From Patescibacteria group bacterium (GTDB taxonomy: Bacteria > Patescibacteriota > Microgenomatia > UBA1400 > PJMF01), in contig JAHDXH010000002.1 in assembly GCA_023382875.1 (NCBI GenBank), forward strand, positions 69,724 through 133,723: a stretch of DNA of 64,000 nt. Direction: 5' to 3'. Shown in pieces: positions 62,993 through 64,000 of this stretch. Below the pieces are notes generated by a model. That model searched no databases. It had not been told where the DNA came from and saw only the letters and a list, made by a program, of their open reading frames with translations. The position numbers and the translations under genes are program-made. Each line of letters opens with the position of its first letter. The first letter of the stretch is position 1.

Positions 62993-63598
62993 ATGGCAAA
63001 CTCACTTAAAGATTTCATGATCTCGAAAACGAGAGTCAAGATGTTCGAACTGTTCTTCACTAAACCTGAAGAGATGTATTATGTTCGCGAAATCACCCGT
63101 GAGACCAATGAAGAAATCAACGCAGTTCGAAGAGAATTAGACCGCATGCTTGATTATGGTTTACTCAAAAGTGAACAACGTGGCAACCGAGTTTATTACT
63201 CATTGAATAATCGCTACGTTTTCTTTGATGAGTTGCAAAAAATGGTGGCTAAGACTGTTGGTCTTGGTAAAAAAATCCGCCAACTTCGTCGTAAATTGGG
63301 CGAGCTTGAATTTGTCATGTTTTCAGGAAAGTTTGTTCGTGGCATTAAGCCTCATCGCGATGAGGTGGACTTGTTGGTGATTGGTGACGTAGTTTTGCCA
63401 GAGTTAGAAGCGTTGGTTAAAGAAGAGCAAGTTAAATTGGGCAGAGAAATTAACTATGCCGTTTTTGATGCTCAAGAATTTGATTTTAGAAAAACCAGAC
63501 GTGATCCATTTATTATGGATATTCTAATGAATTCTCGTGTCATGATTATTGGCAGCAGTGAGGATTTTGCAGAGAGAAAGATGCCTGGAGTAAGTTAA
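62993..63598 (+). CDS. winged-helix DNA-binding domain fused to minimal nucleotidyltransferase-like domain
   Basis: N-terminal wHTH (MYYVREITRETNEEINAVRRELDRMLDYGLLKSEQRGNRVYYSL). Then FSGKFVRGIKPHRDEVDLLVIG fits the MNT GS...DxD pattern. Start may instead be 62957, which overlaps the DUF3048 stop by 4 nt. Confidence 0.45.
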   Translation: MANSLKDFMISKTRVKMFELFFTKPEEMYYVREITRETNEEINAVRRELDRMLDYGLLKSEQRGNRVYYSLNNRYVFFDELQKMVAKTVGLGKKIRQLRRKLGELEFVMFSGKFVRGIKPHRDEVDLLVIGDVVLPELEALVKEEQVKLGREINYAVFDAQEFDFRKTRRDPFIMDILMNSRVMIIGSSEDFAERKMPGVS

Positions 63599-63618
63599 TA
63601 CTTTCTGGTGGGGAAATT

Positions 63619-64000
63619 ATGTTTAAACAGCTTAGAATTTTTTTATTGATTATAGTATTAACTTTGGTGGCAGCTTTTATTGCTTTGCCCGATAGTTTCC
63701 CTTTGCGTTTTAAAGTTGGTAATTTTGCTGTTGACCGTGAATTTGCCAAACCTCCGATTGATATTAATATTTTGGGCAAAAATTTTGCGCCAAATTGGCA
63801 ACTTAAACAAGGTCTAGATATTCAGGGTGGTGTTCAAGTGGTCTTGAAGGCAGATATGTCGGAAATTGCTGAAGTAGATCGACCAACAGCTTTGGAATCT
63901 GCCCGCGAAATTATTTTGCGCCGGGTTGACCTTTTTGGTATCAACGAGCCGGTAGTGCAAACATCTGTTAATGGTAACGACTATCGTATTTTGGTGGAAT
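63619..64000 (+). CDS. secD: protein translocase subunit SecD, N-terminal part (continues beyond window)
   Basis: MFKQLRIFLLIIVLTLVAAFIALP TM, then LKQGLDIQGGVQVVLKADM...ALESAREIILRRVDLFGINEPVVQT, the SecD N-terminal signature. No stop in window. Confidence 0.75.
   Translation, partial: MFKQLRIFLLIIVLTLVAAFIALPDSFPLRFKVGNFAVDREFAKPPIDINILGKNFAPNWQLKQGLDIQGGVQVVLKADMSEIAEVDRPTALESAREIILRRVDLFGINEPVVQTSVNGNDYRILVE

Overview
The window is about 40% GC and gene-dense. By gene content it looks like a small-genome bacterium, possibly Candidate Phyla Radiation (CPR)/Patescibacteria-like; that placement is inference only. Every identification below comes from reading the supplied ORF translations and the raw DNA by eye. 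No database or HMM searches were run.

Coding content:
- A division and cell-wall cluster sits on the minus strand in the order PBP1a, ftsW, murG, ftsQ, sufS, sufU, ITPase, ftsA, ftsZ.
- Downstream of it is a type-2 isoleucyl-tRNA synthetase.
- Housekeeping genes present are recJ, dnaG, recQ, rarA, metG, mnmA, frr, rseP, parB, tatD, rplU, rpmA, dcd, rfbB, rfbD, a partial PNP and a partial secD.
- Accessory genes include glycosyltransferases, a GH15 hydrolase with a sugar kinase, surface proteins with Pro/Thr/Ser-rich linkers, a secreted C39-like cysteine peptidase and an Elp3 homologue.

RNA genes: five tRNAs, namely Leu-TAA, Pro-TGG, Pro-CGG, Gly-TCC and Thr-CGT.

Most interesting observations:
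1. A four-gene cluster at 36360-40459 pairs a polytopic membrane protein with two ATP-grasp ligases and a DUF1704/QEGLA zincin-like protein. This is a candidate peptide-ligation or protein-tagging system.
2. tRNA-Pro at 51906 is followed 155 bp later by a duplicate of its 3' end, and then by a roughly 1.6 kb island of about 52% GC carrying two orphan genes. This resembles a horizontal-insertion scar, although no integrase is present.
3. An archaeal-type PPAT appears fused to a DUF359 domain, putatively the archaeal GTP-dependent dephospho-CoA kinase.
4. The ileS leader carries a T-box riboswitch-like element: a T-box consensus match, a terminator with U-run, and an AUC codon that fits an Ile specifier.
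5. A DUF3800 gene is translationally coupled to dnaG in the position where rpoD usually sits.
6. Promoters with an extended -10 (TGnTATAAT-like) recur, several of them leaderless.

No CRISPR array, rRNA, transposase or integrase was seen.
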